Shown here one piece after another: positions 14,601 through 27,200 of a DNA stretch of 64,000 nt. The position numbers and the translations under genes are program-made. Below the pieces are notes generated by a model. That model did not search any database, was not told where the DNA came from, and worked only from the letters and a program-made list of their open reading frames with translations. The DNA lies in contig NC_135264.1 of NCBI RefSeq assembly GCF_964204865.1, positions 10,478,001 to 10,542,000 on the forward strand, read 5' to 3'. The number at the start of each line of letters is the position of its first letter. The stretch's first letter is position 1. This DNA comes from Styela clava (lineage: Eukaryota).

Positions 14601-14649
14601 CTCACCCGCCAATTCCAACCACAAAGACGTTCCCTTCTTTCTTTTCCAT
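8610..14649 (-). CDS. NMRK: Nicotinamide riboside kinase (NMRK1/2 family), 6 exons, 197 aa
   Basis: Exons 14649-14606, 10839-10737, 10088-10037, 9762-9642, 9257-9186 and 8811-8610 join in frame (594 nt). Motifs: VVGIGG|VSNGGKTTLA (P-loop), VIHQDIYFK, LIIEGILIFN, EAKKRRLTREYEPSDTPNIFEYHVWPMY. These match NMRK motifs (GVTNSGKTT, QDDFFK, LIIEGFLLF, RRR..R.Y.PPD..GYF..HVWPMY). Confidence 0.93.
10283..10503 (-). mobile_element. tRNA-derived SINE copy (internally deleted)
   Basis: Matches the full copy at 32832-33171 in blocks: GGAAAGCCGATAAGACG, GCATGGACTTGATGGTGGAGGAAGCC, GAGGAGTCCAGCAATCCT, GAGCCACACC. Confidence 0.85.
11008..11110. repeat. Near-perfect inverted repeat (39-bp arms, 25-nt loop)
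   Basis: 11008-11046 AAATAAAGCACAACCGGTGTTAGCAAAACGATGTAATTT against the reverse complement of 11072-11110: 2 mismatches. Confidence 0.9.
11495..11780. repeat. Diverged tandem duplication, ~155-bp unit
   Basis: AATAAACTAGCATCACAAATCACAATGAATC..AAAACACCAAT..AATATTGATCA occurs at ~11495 and ~11651. Confidence 0.75.
12628..14136 (-). CDS. Intronless TREX1/TREX2-like 3'-5' exonuclease with two tandem DEDDh domains (N-terminal degenerate, C-terminal intact), nested in NMRK intron 1
   Basis: 502-aa single ORF. C-domain: TFVFLDLETTGL, ITELCLIAV, PRVQDKL, FLDRQAHPICLVAHNGDAFDY, CADSL, HSAEGDTIAL. N-domain paralogous: TFIFTKVHLND, IVEVAMIAV, KRYIDKLVLC, FLKRQNRPICFVAHHGFLMDF, IADTA, YTAEQYATCL. AATAAA on the minus strand at 12207-12202. 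Confidence 0.92.
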   Translation of the reverse strand: MSQQAAQRCVTSPLKAKLSYDKGKDMKTFIFTKVHLNDVNNPQIVEVAMIAVHKRDLTDHGDGDNTSNNTRKMKRYIDKLVLCFDTQKPLNLHSAARSNLDWKRIQGSHKKPFDRSSVLLINEFLKRQNRPICFVAHHGFLMDFPALKSEITALQMSLFAMEEENLWIADTATACQDLDAPDQHKMHETTLDAIDYSMESLYLRYLKKRMPMETYTAEQYATCLMQLVDSIPDQFINVVSIMKFSDVLPRDQKVARALFPTQSTENGEESADQNEDPDRQANEHEYDIRTFVFLDLETTGLDTTTDNITELCLIAVDREQITELGNEVVEHEYGEFPKVPRVQDKLNILIDPLSMIPNEVSRITKIDKENLEVRNKKPFSYETSMILRSFLDRQAHPICLVAHNGDAFDYLILNNHLDRVKADQTIWKEIYCADSLTGVRELRQPCERRPNGLQYLMKEVGVHHSQLLPHSAEGDTIALMVVVKLFPQNLPMWLDQHKRRFK

Positions 14650-15274
14650 GGGGAAACGCCCGAATCAGCCACCCACACAAAAACGAATCGATTTTGGATT
14701 GTGTAAATTGGGTATAACTTGTCAATATTACCATGTGATTTATCAACGATGTTGACAAGTTACCGAAAACTGGGTCAGTGCGCATGACCGCACGCCGACA
14801 TTGAAAACGGCTCATTAACAAATTATTCCGCACAAATAAATACGCAGTAGAATTGAGACCATAACACGGTAATGTATTTCATATTTTCCAAAACTAATAT
14901 ATGTTTTCTGAACTCATATATTGCCAATTACACATGTACCAAATCGGGTTAATTCAAAATCGTTCCCGGGCCGTGTTTAATCATATTTGGCGATAAGAAG
15001 TTCATAGTTTAACACGCATTACTTCATTATAGTTTGCTATTTTGATTTATATTACCATCGCTTGTAAAAGACATGTTTGCTCGAAGCAAACTTTATGAAC
15101 ATGAACAAGCACCAAACCCGATACCGTAGTTTTTCAATACATAGAAAGCAAACGAGAAACACTTGACTGGCGTTTAAAAAGAACGCTTTGAAAGAATTAC
15201 AAAGGTGAAACAGTTCCGCTTTACACAAGGGATTCGACAGCGCTTCAAACGCTGCTATTTATTAAACTGTGGCT
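14650..15274. promoter_or_regulatory. Divergent promoter region shared by NMRK/TREX-like (-) and the PARP14-like gene (+)
   Basis: ATGs at 14649 (-) and 15275 (+) point apart across ~625 bp that is locally CpG-richer than the flanks. Confidence 0.6.
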
Positions 15275-18200
15275 ATGGATGAGACTGTTGTAAATATAAT
15301 AGGATTGCCTTTAACTTGTAATCCTGTCAAAATTAAAGTTCGATTTCAGAGCGAATGTGATGTTTCGATTGTTAGCGTGAAAGTGGATCAGTCCAAATCA
15401 GAAATAATACTGAACAGCAAAGAAGGTAAGCTGCTTATATAATGCAATGTAATTCGTCAGCAGAAGACTGTTGTCAGATTTTGTGCGGACGGAAGTTGTC
15501 ATGTATATAGTCTCACGCTATATTCTTATTTGTTGTTTTATAATATGGTATAGTACTTTTGAATGTGTGCCCAACGTTTTCATATTACAATTTTTGTTGT
15601 TAATATTATTTATTTATTATATTACAATCCTGAGAACATCAACAACATAAATACATTTCTGCATTTGGAAACCGATTTAATGATAACCAACAGAATGAAA
15701 ATAATTTGATTAAGCAACACTTAGTGGATCATCCTTAATAAATTTTGATAATAAATAAACCTTATACTAAATTAGTACCCCCTGCAATCCGTTAAGATCA
15801 ACTAGTATTATAATATTACAACTAGAATTATAATCATGTACTATTGTATGAATTGGTCACTTATGTTGACCAAACCACTTACTGACTTATGCTGGACAAA
15901 AAAACAATTACGCAAACTTGATCAAGAAACTTTAAAAGTTGTTTTTCATTCTAGAAAATCATCTCCATTTGATGATCAATTCAAAAGCATTTTTTTGATT
16001 CAAAGAAATGATATAATTGTCTAAACTGGACAATGCGTTTAATAGAATTTAACAATTTTGAAGCATTTCAATGCTTATTAAATTTACTGTACAAAATTAC
16101 TGTACAAAATAGATGGACCCATCAAATTGTAAACCTTGAGTGTATTTTGACTTTATTATTTACATTGAAAACAAATTTAAAATAAGTTACAACATAATAC
16201 TGAGATATATATTTGTTTATTATACAATTTTAATACAGATGCAGAAAAATTTTGCAAAAATCTTCCAAAAAGCATCAAGTTTGGGGATACAGTCCACAAT
16301 CTTGCACTATATGAAGATGAGACAGCTAGTGGTAAATATTTTATTTTTAGTCAATTATTATTCACGCTTACATAATGAGATATATGTTGGAAAACTCTTA
16401 TTCCATTATTTTAGATTCAGTTGACAGTTCTACGACAACAGAGCAAGAACTGTCACCAACTCCAGTAGCACAGAAAGAAGATGAAAATTTAACGATCCAA
16501 AATGTACAATACTGGGATACAATGGTGCCGTTACCAATATGCAAATAGTAAATCCGATTATAATCCTAAAAAAAATTACATTTTTGCTAAAAATTAAACT
16601 TGATTTTTTTTTCATTTTTAGTGGATTGTTGGTACAGTTCAAAGACGAGACTATTACCACAAAGAATGTGCATGATTATTTCAGCAGCAACCAATTTTCT
16701 TGTGGCGGACCCATAACAAGAATGCAATGCATGATTGATGGAATACTGATACTGTTTCAAGATGACAAAAGTATTTATTCAATTCATATTTTTGTCAAAT
16801 GAAAAGAATATATATATTATCCATTGTTGTAACTTGGAAGTTCGAAAATCTGTGCTTGCAGCGTTCATACTCAAAATGTGTGTAAATATAGGATGTGTAC
16901 CTTTTTATTTTACAGCTGCTGAGAAAGTTTGGAAATTCAGACCTCACCGGATCGCTAATAGACCAATCAAGATATTCTTGAAGACAATACCCACAGTTTA
17001 TCATGATAAACTCCTTTATAGAGTATGTCTGTGAAACGATTATTTTATGAATTTAGAAGTTATTTTTTCTTCATTTATTCACTTTTTTATCATATTTAGC
17101 CACAGAAGCAAAATATGTCGGACCAAGAAATTAAAACCTTATTGGTTGGAATTTCTCCGAAACAAGCTTCGCCAACGACCGTCAAAAGATACGACAGCAA
17201 CAATATTCTCATTTCTTATGAAGCGGATGTAGGTTAGTATTCAGGTCACCTGCAATCAAATCTCCCCAACACTGGTAGTTGACGATTTAGTTGCAGTGAT
17301 GGAAAATTAAAATTCGGAAGTGTTTGTTTTTTACATGCTGACTCCATCTATCCCATTTGAAGAGGGATATTGGAAGATATCCTAGATCTAAAACAGTGGT
17401 TCTTAAACTTTTTTAGCTGCGCCCCCTTTTTAGAATTTGATAAGTGTCGCACCCCCACTCCAAAAATAACTAGCAAACAATAAGCTACAAATAACAGATA
17501 GTAAGGCCGAATGTATGTTTTATTCAAAAAAAAACAGTTGATAAATTCGTGGATAGAACGTAAATATTGAAAATAAACGAATGTAAATATCCAAAATAAA
17601 GGAATGTAGATATCCGGAATAAGGAAGGCAAGATCAAGTCTAACAAATATTATTGTTTTTCATTCGATTCACGCCCCCTCAAAAAAATTGTCTACGCCCA
17701 CCGTTTGAGAGCCACCAGTCTAGAAATTCGTAACAAAAGATTTATTATAATATCTATAGAATAATAAGCAAAGCTTTTTTCATGAACTCTAAGTAGTCAC
17801 AGGGAAAGGGCAAGCGTAAATTTTACTACGAAGTATTGTACAAGACTGTTCAGTAGCTACATCTTTATTGATTTCTCCATTTTCCGCGTTCAAATATTTA
17901 TTTATCGATACAGGACATGATGAATTCCAGAAAATCATGTTAGAATTCAAAAAACGTCTCAATGAAAACGTGAGTTATTAAAAAAATTGGAAATTTAGTT
18001 TTTTTATTATTTCAAATACCGATACTCATTTATGAAATTTATTTTAGATTTCTCAATTGCCCAAAACTGATTGCCTAAGAGTAAAAGGTTTTCCATCTGA
18101 TATTTCTGATGAAGAAATAATTATTTTATTCGAAAACAAACAGAGAACTGGAGGTGGACCAGTAACGAAAATTCAACATTTAGACATCGATGTCGTACTT

Positions 18201-21200
18201 GTATACTTTGCATCGTATGAAGGTTAGCATATAGCAATTTATAGGATTTTGCCGAGAGGAATTCTGCCCTAGGGATTAGATTTTATTGTATTTTTTGAAG
18301 GGGGGGGGGGGGGGCTTTTTATTTGCATATAGTATTAGTAGTATTGTAAACTTTTTGATTATGATTATAATACCTATTTATACACATATCATAAACTATT
18401 TATATTGTAATACATATGCAAAAATGCGTATCACTATATAATGATTCGGTATTAAAGACTTGGTAACAATGAAAATGGAGTTTCTCTGCATAGTGGTAGA
18501 TGAATGAAGAGTTTTAAAACATGAAAAAGGAAGTATGTATAATAAATAAAAAAACAGGTTGTAGAACACTGGGGTATGTGATGGATGTGGGGCATCTTTA
18601 ATGCCAGTATGCTATGCACAGAAATTACTGAATGTCATCAGACCCCCGTGCTAAAAATTACTTTATTGTATTCTCTATTTTTACTACTAGATGCGATGGG
18701 GGTCATTAATAAATTCAAAGGAAAAACATTACCAGTTTTTGATACTTTGTTGAAGATAAGTAAATACTTTCACTTCATGTATGACAAGAATAATGATGAC
18801 ATTGCTGAAGACAGTGGTAGTACCAGCGATTATAGCATCACATCTACACTTTTGGAAGGCAAATTCAGGTTGGCATGTTAGAATAGAATAGGGTTTTTAT
18901 CTTTATTCAAGGAAAGCTGATAAGACAGCTTAATCATATGATGAACTAAAGCGTCGCACTGAGTTATCAGGGCATGTTGAGTTTGGAAATAGTTGACGAA
19001 TTTCTTGTGGTGAACTTGATGGTGAAGAAGCCTGTTCCAACCAGTGGTTATGTGAACCACCCCATGGCAGCCAGGAAGGAGTTCAGCAATCTCCTCACAC
19101 ATAATTATTTGCCACAGGATGCGACCAGCGCTGCGCAATCAGAGAGGGGGCCAAAATCGTATTTTTAATATTTAGCATGGCGCAACATGCAATGTGTTCA
19201 GTACTACTTGATATTAAAAGTAATAATTCAAATTTTTTCGTTTGAAATTTTCATTTCTTAGATGGCTTGTCGACTGTAAAATGACAGATAAAATAAGAAC
19301 TCAGTACAAAGTTAAAATTGTGTTTAATGAACGAGATAAAACCATCACATATATTGGGGACAAAGATGAGGTTGCAAAAGTGCAAAAAGCTGTTACAAAA
19401 ATGCTGAAGGTAGGTTTTTTTAGATGGCTGAACTTTATATAAGTAAATATTCAATGTTCAATCTTAATTTTCGTAATATATCAAAATTTAAATCAGGTTG
19501 CGGAATTGGAATTTGGCTTATTTTCTTTGAAATCTGAGTTGTATTTCAAACTCAAACAGCAGCATATTAAACAAGGCTTGCATATGCTGAAGTTTTCATT
19601 ATTTTATCCGCATTTGATTTTTTCAACAAAAGTTTGAAGCAATTGTCGGAGTACAATTTTTATACATCCTGGAGTCGGAGTCAAAATTCAACCCAGATTC
19701 GGAGCCAACTTTATTTTCAAATCAGAATCAGGAGTCGACTGTGAACATTCTCTCATTCAATGGCGCTAATTTACATATATTGCAAGGGTGGCCAACCTGC
19801 TATCAGGCGCAGTCGACTTTTTTAAAACATGCAGCGCTTCATGAGGCTGGTTCAAGTCATTTTTCTGAGATATGTCATCAACATAAGACGCGATCGACTA
19901 CTTGAGATGTGGCGAATCGACGTGTTGGCCACCCTTGATATGTTGTATAGTTATATGTCTCATTTATCACAGTATAACGTTTTTTTAACATTCAGTTGAA
20001 ATGTTTTATTTTTGTATATTTTTAGAATGTAACAAGAAAAGTATTGGACTATGTTGAAAAAGATTTTGTAACATTTTTACTTGGTGCAAAATCGAATCCT
20101 ATCATATGCAAATTTGTTTTTGAGAAGCTACAACAACAAAACATTAATGGTTTGTATTATTTTGCATCAATGTATCTTACACAAATATGGAAACTAGTTA
20201 TAATGTCACAATATATTTTATAGAATGATAAAAATATATCATGACATCACAGTACATTTATATTATGGCTAATATCTCAAATTTTCATTATAAAATAGCC
20301 CCCATCCAGCCCCCTCAAAGAAATCATGGGTTCGTCACTGCATAAGATATATAACTAAATAATGATATTTGTAATATTTGCAACAAAATAACTGTTAATA
20401 ATCATAAGAACATTTTTGTGAAATTTGTTTTAGCTATTTTGTTGGTTGAAGGAGACATTCCATTTTTATGGGGATACAAAAATGATTGTGAATCTGCATT
20501 GAATGAAATCAGTAGAAGAATATTATCTGTTCGTAACGTTCCTGTTCCACCAAATGTTCACGAAACTGAATCATGGAAAACAATCACTGATCTGATCTCA
20601 AAAGGCCACATCAGTGTGGCTTCACATGTAAGGGGTTTAGAAGTAATATTTCATTTGATTTTTCCCCATCAAGTAGGAAAGCCTAATCCGGCGGCCACAG
20701 TTTATATTTTAGAAAGCGCTCACATGTGCGAAAATACATAATGTTTTTTTTCTTGTCAATAAACCTTTATCGTTCTACCTGCTGTCTTCATTTCTGCAAG
20801 GCTAAGCAATAGCCACATTCTCTTTTCTTGCCCTCCACGCATGTTGATACTACTTTTTTTGTGTGACCCAGTAAGGTGTCTGAAGGTTGTTATATGGTCC
20901 ACCTGCGAAATATGTTCCCTGGTTTGAAGGATAGAAAATCTTTCTAATTCAGCATATTCACCCTAATCCCCCTATGGGTAAACAGACTTTTGACCCATGC
21001 AAGCCTGAGTGCAGAATACATTGGATATGTCTTCAATGGAAGTGTAGTATTTCTTTATTCTAATCAATGGTAGTTTAAATTTCCATTGCGACAAAACAAT
21101 ATAATCCTTCATATTCGGTATAAAACCTATATGCATCGGACGATTGATAATTCTCTTCGAAAGCACGTCAATTTTTACGTAAATAATAATTGGATTACTG

Positions 21201-24200
21201 GACTCCTTGTCGCTGTAGGGTGGTTCACGTAACCGCGGGTTACAACTTCGTTCACCACCAAGTCTATGCATCTAAAAATAAATAACCGGCAAACTAATCC
21301 TACAGCTGACATGGCCTGGTAAACAGACGAGATGTCGTGGTACACTATATGATTAGGCCTGTTGTGTTGGTTTCCCTCTCTTACAGGGTAAATATTGTGA
21401 GGGTGAGTGTTGTATAAGAATTCTAACCAAAGGTCTTTATGCTGTATATTATGTTATCTATATCTAAGGTAAAGAAAAGTGGCTTGCAACCTTCCAGGCA
21501 ACAGTTCAAATCTTGCTGCTATTTTTAAACCTACTTCTCAATTCAATACTATTCTTCAATACAAATCTCACCTGACTTTTATCTTTTCTATAATGAGCAA
21601 TTTACTTAAGGTTACTCATGTGAGAATTGTTGGATTCCATGATTCAATAGCTCATGCTCAAGAATTATTAAAAGAATCTCTCATTGACGAAGATTCAGAA
21701 GACTTCATTGATCTAAAATATGAAACTGGAATAATGAAATACCTTCTTCAATACTGTGATTTCAATAGCTATTGTCAAAAAAATTCAGTAGAAATTGTAA
21801 AAGCAGATGATAACGTTATAAGGCTGAAAGGTGATCCCAAAGTTCTAAAAATGAGTAAGTTTTTTATATTTTGTTCTCTAAATATGTTATGCCAGCATCA
21901 AGCATAAAATCCTAATCGCATAAAAAAATCATAATCCGACAATTTATGTTTGAAAAGCCGCTCACATGAGTGAAAATACCCCGTGATCTTTCGCTGTTTT
22001 GACCTTTTGTTGTGTACAATACCTAGTGTACAAATTTAAAAAAAAGCTAAATTTTTTTTGTGTGATCCAGCTATTCTGAAGTTGTCTTGTTTCAAAGACA
22101 AAATTTTGTTTTGATTTTAAAACACCCAATGTTTTGAAAATGCCCAGGCCTACTATCGACGCATCTTACCATTTTAAAAAGAATATTGGAAATTATTGAC
22201 ATTAAATTATGACATGGAAAAGTTTTGTAACATATGCACATTTAAGCAATGCAATACATGAGCTTGTTTTTTTTCTGTTCATAACGATCAAGCATGGCTG
22301 AATGTCTGATATAACCTATATTCTTCTTTATCAGCCATAAATTTGACAGATTTCATTGTTTTATGTCAGCATGGAGCAGATTTGATTTTTATGAAACACA
22401 ATGATATTTCGTGACATACCGTACTCTAAATTAGCTTACTACCCACAGATTGGCAATTATAGTTAAATACCTTAATAGAAACACTGAACTTGATTATTAA
22501 ATTTGTAGTCAAGGCCACAATAAAGACCACAATAGCCAAGGTTGTGCGCAAAGAAAAACAGATTAAAAAATTTGGAATTGTCGATTTTGTGCAAAGTGCT
22601 GAAGGAAAAGCAATTATAGAAGAAACGAGTAAAGCAAAGAAGACTGTAATACTCTGTAACAGATGCATTCAACCTCCGCAAAATGTGGTAAGAAAGTTGA
22701 TATTCACTGTACCGTTATTTGTTCATTACTTCAGACACTCAATGTCAATATCAAAAACATAAAAAAAAATTTGTATATTATCACGACACATGCGCAATGA
22801 CAGCAAAATATTAGAATAATTTAATGGATGTCATATTATACGAATACATTCTATAGGAGTGTTTCCAAGAATTAAATAAAAAACAGCAAAGTTTTGGATC
22901 AAATATTGTCAATGTAGTACTCAAAAAAATTGTAAAAATGATAGCTTTTTGACAAACGCCTTCATATTCAAATACTGAATATTTGAAATCAATAAGTCCA
23001 GTAGTTTTTCAGCTATTTTTTCATAACAATAACTCAACAAAATGATCCAATAATTGAAGTTCATGATTGTATCCTATATTTCATAGAATATGTCATCAGA
23101 CGTAGCATCAGTGTCCAGTCAAGTAAAATCAAGCACCAACATTGGAGGCATCAAAATTAGAGTTAAACAAGGAGATATAACAGAAGAAGATAGTGATGCA
23201 ATTGTCATTTGTGCTGGTGTCACTTTTAATATTCCGGGTCTGCATTCAGAAATCTCATTTTATATTCATTTGTATCCTGTATAATGGCTTGAGTAATCGT
23301 TTTGGATATCTTATCTTGTAGTCAGATTTGACTTGATTGTGGTACATCGCGCTGAGCGTCAGCAATATGCTCGCCACCACATCTCAAATGACAGCTGCGT
23401 TGGTTCAAATCTTAGATAATTATGTGCGAGAGAATGCTGGACTCCTTTCCATGGTAGAGTAGTTCATATAACCATTGGTACATGCGTCTGAAACAAATAA
23501 CTGGCTAACTATTCCCATGCCCCATATGGACTGGTAACGAGGCCGTGGTTGGACATATGATTAAGCCGTGTTTTTGGCTTTCCTCTCCGCTAAGATAAAT
23601 ATGTAAATCTTATCCTATCCTTTTTGTCCTTTCAATTATGAATCGCAAAAATGAGAAGAAAAAACAACTCACTGATTGCTGTCCGTTCAAAATAAAGTTA
23701 CTTTCTAACATACCAGTGGCAGCTTGTACAAAGCCTTGTTTGGGGGGAAACAGATAGAAAGAGAAAGAGCATAAACTAATTTCACACACGACTTGGATTA
23801 GTAAATAGACGACAAACCATCTTCGAGCATTATTTTTTCCATTAAATTCCTATCATAATTTCATTCTACATTTGCATGGTATTCAGGCAAAATGGCAGAA
23901 GCTGTCTTTGATAAAGGTGGTGGCAAAATACAGCAAGAATTAAAGTCATCAATATCGGAAACATTAAGAGTAACAAGCAGTGGAAATCTTCATTGTAAAA
24001 GAATTTTCCATATCAAAACACCAATCATTGAATCAAATATTTCTTTGTCTTTATGGAGCGCGTTACAAGAAGCAGAAAAACAACGTTGCGGATTGATTTC
24101 TGTACCTGCTTTGGGCATAGGTTTGTGATCATGTCATTTTTTACACAATAGAATACATAACTAATGACTTTATTCCAATTTTAACTTTGTACAGGTATTA

Positions 24201-27200
24201 TTCAAACTGAGAAGATTGCCAGTCTTATGATGGAAACGTTTTATGCTTTTGCAAAGGATCCCAAAACACAACATGTGAAATTTATCAACTTAGTTGTTTT
24301 TGATCAATCCCACTTGTATAGTTTTGAAAAGGCATTGGGAGAAATTGAAGCTAAAGATTTTCCCCAGGGGGCAGCAGGTAAATGGAAGTTGATGATACTT
24401 ACTCATATACATATTACCGGTATGTATGAGTATATTTTGTCCTCGTAATCAGCTTAACACAGCAGTTCCCAAACGGTGCGTGGCGAAAATTAACAGAATT
24501 GTGTTGAACATAACTAAAATATGATTGAATATTCAGCCTATTGGAATTATTATAAATGTTTTTTATTCTAAATGCTGTGTATATGGATCGATAAATTTGT
24601 TTTATCTTTCCATGTCATTTACTTTCTTTACCTCAGTCTCTGCCTCTATTGTCATGTAAAATAGAGATAGACACTACTTGCTGCAATTTCGTGAACTGCA
24701 GTATATTCATCAGATGGACCAAGTTTGGCGAACATGAGTGATTATTTCAGCAATCCAAAGAAAAATCAGGCAGAGATGAAAACAGTGTTGTCCAAAACGA
24801 ATAGTATATTCGAAAACATTCGAATATCAAAGTATTCGAATACCTTTTTGGCTGATTTTCGAATAATTTCGAATAGTAGCCACTCTTCGCCGTCAGCGAG
24901 GTGTTTCACTTCTAAGTGAAATCTTAGAACGGTTTTTGGCGCTTTGTAACGTATCGTAATCATGATGAAATAGAGTCAGCACTTTAATTGTTCGTGATAT
25001 TTTGTGCGAGCGTGCGCCTCATACTGTTGCACGATTGGCATTGCCGCTATTACCCTGCAAGGTTTCTAATTTATACATTGATTTCCTTCACGTCAAAAAA
25101 TTTAAAATCATTTGAAACCGCAATTGTTACAATACCCAATAAATTAGTCAGAATTATTAGGAAAAATATACTTCATACTTTTTTCGCTTTTTGGCAACCG
25201 ATTTTGATAATGATAGTTAGAAGTATCGACTTTTTACTAGAATAATTTTCTGTTGCGCAAAATATTTAGATAGCAGCAATTAAAATGCCATATTAATTTA
25301 ATTCTGTTTAACATAACCTGTGATTGCGTCAACTTACGAAAAAATAAAAGCATTGCTATCGTATATTAAAATATCACGGCAATCTGTGGACATAAAATGT
25401 GTGGAAACTACCCATTATAATTAATTTTTGATTCGAAGTTTTGTACCTACTGAAATATGAAAAGCAATACTACAATATCAGGCAATCTGTGGACATAAAA
25501 TGTCTGGTAACTAGGCAGGTTGTAGATAACAGTTACCGTATTTCATTGTTTATTGTATGCAATTGATTCATGTCATAAAATATGCTTTTTACTTGAATTT
25601 ATTTTTGAATGTATTCGAAATTTGATATTCGAAAATAATAATTTCGAATGTATTCGAAATAGTGAACTATTCGGTATTGGCCATCCCTGGATGAGAAAGA
25701 AGAGTTAACTTTTTGATTTCATTCTTGAGGCCTACATGTTTACAAACTTTAAAAGACATAGAATACACATTAATTATCACAAAATTGAGTTTTATTCAAA
25801 AGCAGCAAATTTTTCGTGTAGGAGCGTCATGAGTTTTTTTTCCCTAATAATATGGCGTCGCACAGACAAAAAATTAGGAATCGCTGACTTGGCAGATGAT
25901 GAAATAATTGATAAAAATATATAAATAAAAACTGATTACAAGATTGTTTCAAACATACAGAATTGAAATAAAAACGTATCGCCGAAATAATTGTTCACTC
26001 ACATAAAAATATACGACACACACACATATATAACCGCAAGATATAATGAAATATAAAACCAAAAAATCTAAAGAATAAAAAAAGTTTGGCCACGCCATGT
26101 TAATCATTTTAATCTACATCACCTGATGAGCAGAATCAATTTTTTATAAATTTGGAAAAGAGACTTCTGAGAAATATGGAATACAAATGTATGTGAAATC
26201 ACTTTAGGTGAATACTGTTAAAAATATCATAAAACATATTATATTTTGTTGCAGGTGTATCTAATGGAACTGCGGCAAAAATGCCTGATTTTGTACCGAA
26301 ATACCCTGCTCAAGGAGAAAAAAGTGTTTCGGTTATGCTAGGTTGTCTGACAGTTTCTATTAGGAAGGGAGATATTACAGAAGAGAAGAATGATGCGATT
26401 GTAAATAGCACTGGGTCAGACTTTGATTTGTCCAAAGGTGAGAATAGGGCAGAGGTGTCCGACCCATTTTGGGGTCCATGTCTCTAGACCTTGAGCTGCA
26501 AGTTAAGTTGAGTCAAGAGCCATCCAGGTCAATCAAAGTCCCAGCAAATTCGTAAAGCCCTGAAGTGAGTCACTACTCTTTCAAGTCTCTCTTGCAGTTA
26601 GTCGAATCGGAGTCCACACGGAGTTGATATGGGTCACATCAAGTATTTAAAATGATGTCTTGGGTCGACCCGACCCACTCTTCAACACTCTGGCTACAAC
26701 ATAGGGTCATTTGCAGTTATGCCTATTTTACCTTTTTTCAAATAACTTGAGATTTTAATTTTCTACCCTCAACTCTTTTACACCAATTTAAGGTCTTGTT
26801 TCAACTGCAATTATCAGAAAAGGCGGAAAAAGAATTCAAGAAGAAGTACGTCGTATACGTGGGTCAGATATACGCGCAACATCAGGGGGAAAACTTCCAT
26901 GTAAAAAAATTATACATGTTTACACACCAACAACTAGAGAACTCTTTGCCAGCATAATAGGTGATGTCCTAGAAATCGCAGATTCGGAAAAATGTACTTC
27001 TATTTCGTTTCCAGCAATGGGAACAGGTGGGTAGTTTACAATATTATTTATTTGAGTCATCAATAGTGACAGTATTTAACGAACACACAAAGCTTGGTGT
27101 ACTGTTTTTGAGTATTAGAAATGTGTTTAACTTATTTACTATATACAATCAGGTGGAAGAGGATTTTTGCAATTTTTTCAGTACAGTTATTATTTATGCA

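Noticed and set aside
14137-14606. In-frame NMRK exon 1-TREX fusion protein
   Set aside because: Exon 1 ends in phase 2. The nearby acceptors give an immediate stop (GGT TGA, GGG TAG) or a frameshift relative to the TREX ORF.
15143-15215. IRF/ISRE-like motifs (GAAAGCAAAC, AAAGGTGAAAC) upstream of the PARP14-like ATG
   Set aside because: Only imperfect matches in AT-rich DNA. Attractive for the immune hypothesis but not distinguishable from chance.
18300-18314. Poly-G run (possible G-quadruplex)
   Set aside because: A simple intronic homopolymer with no further support.
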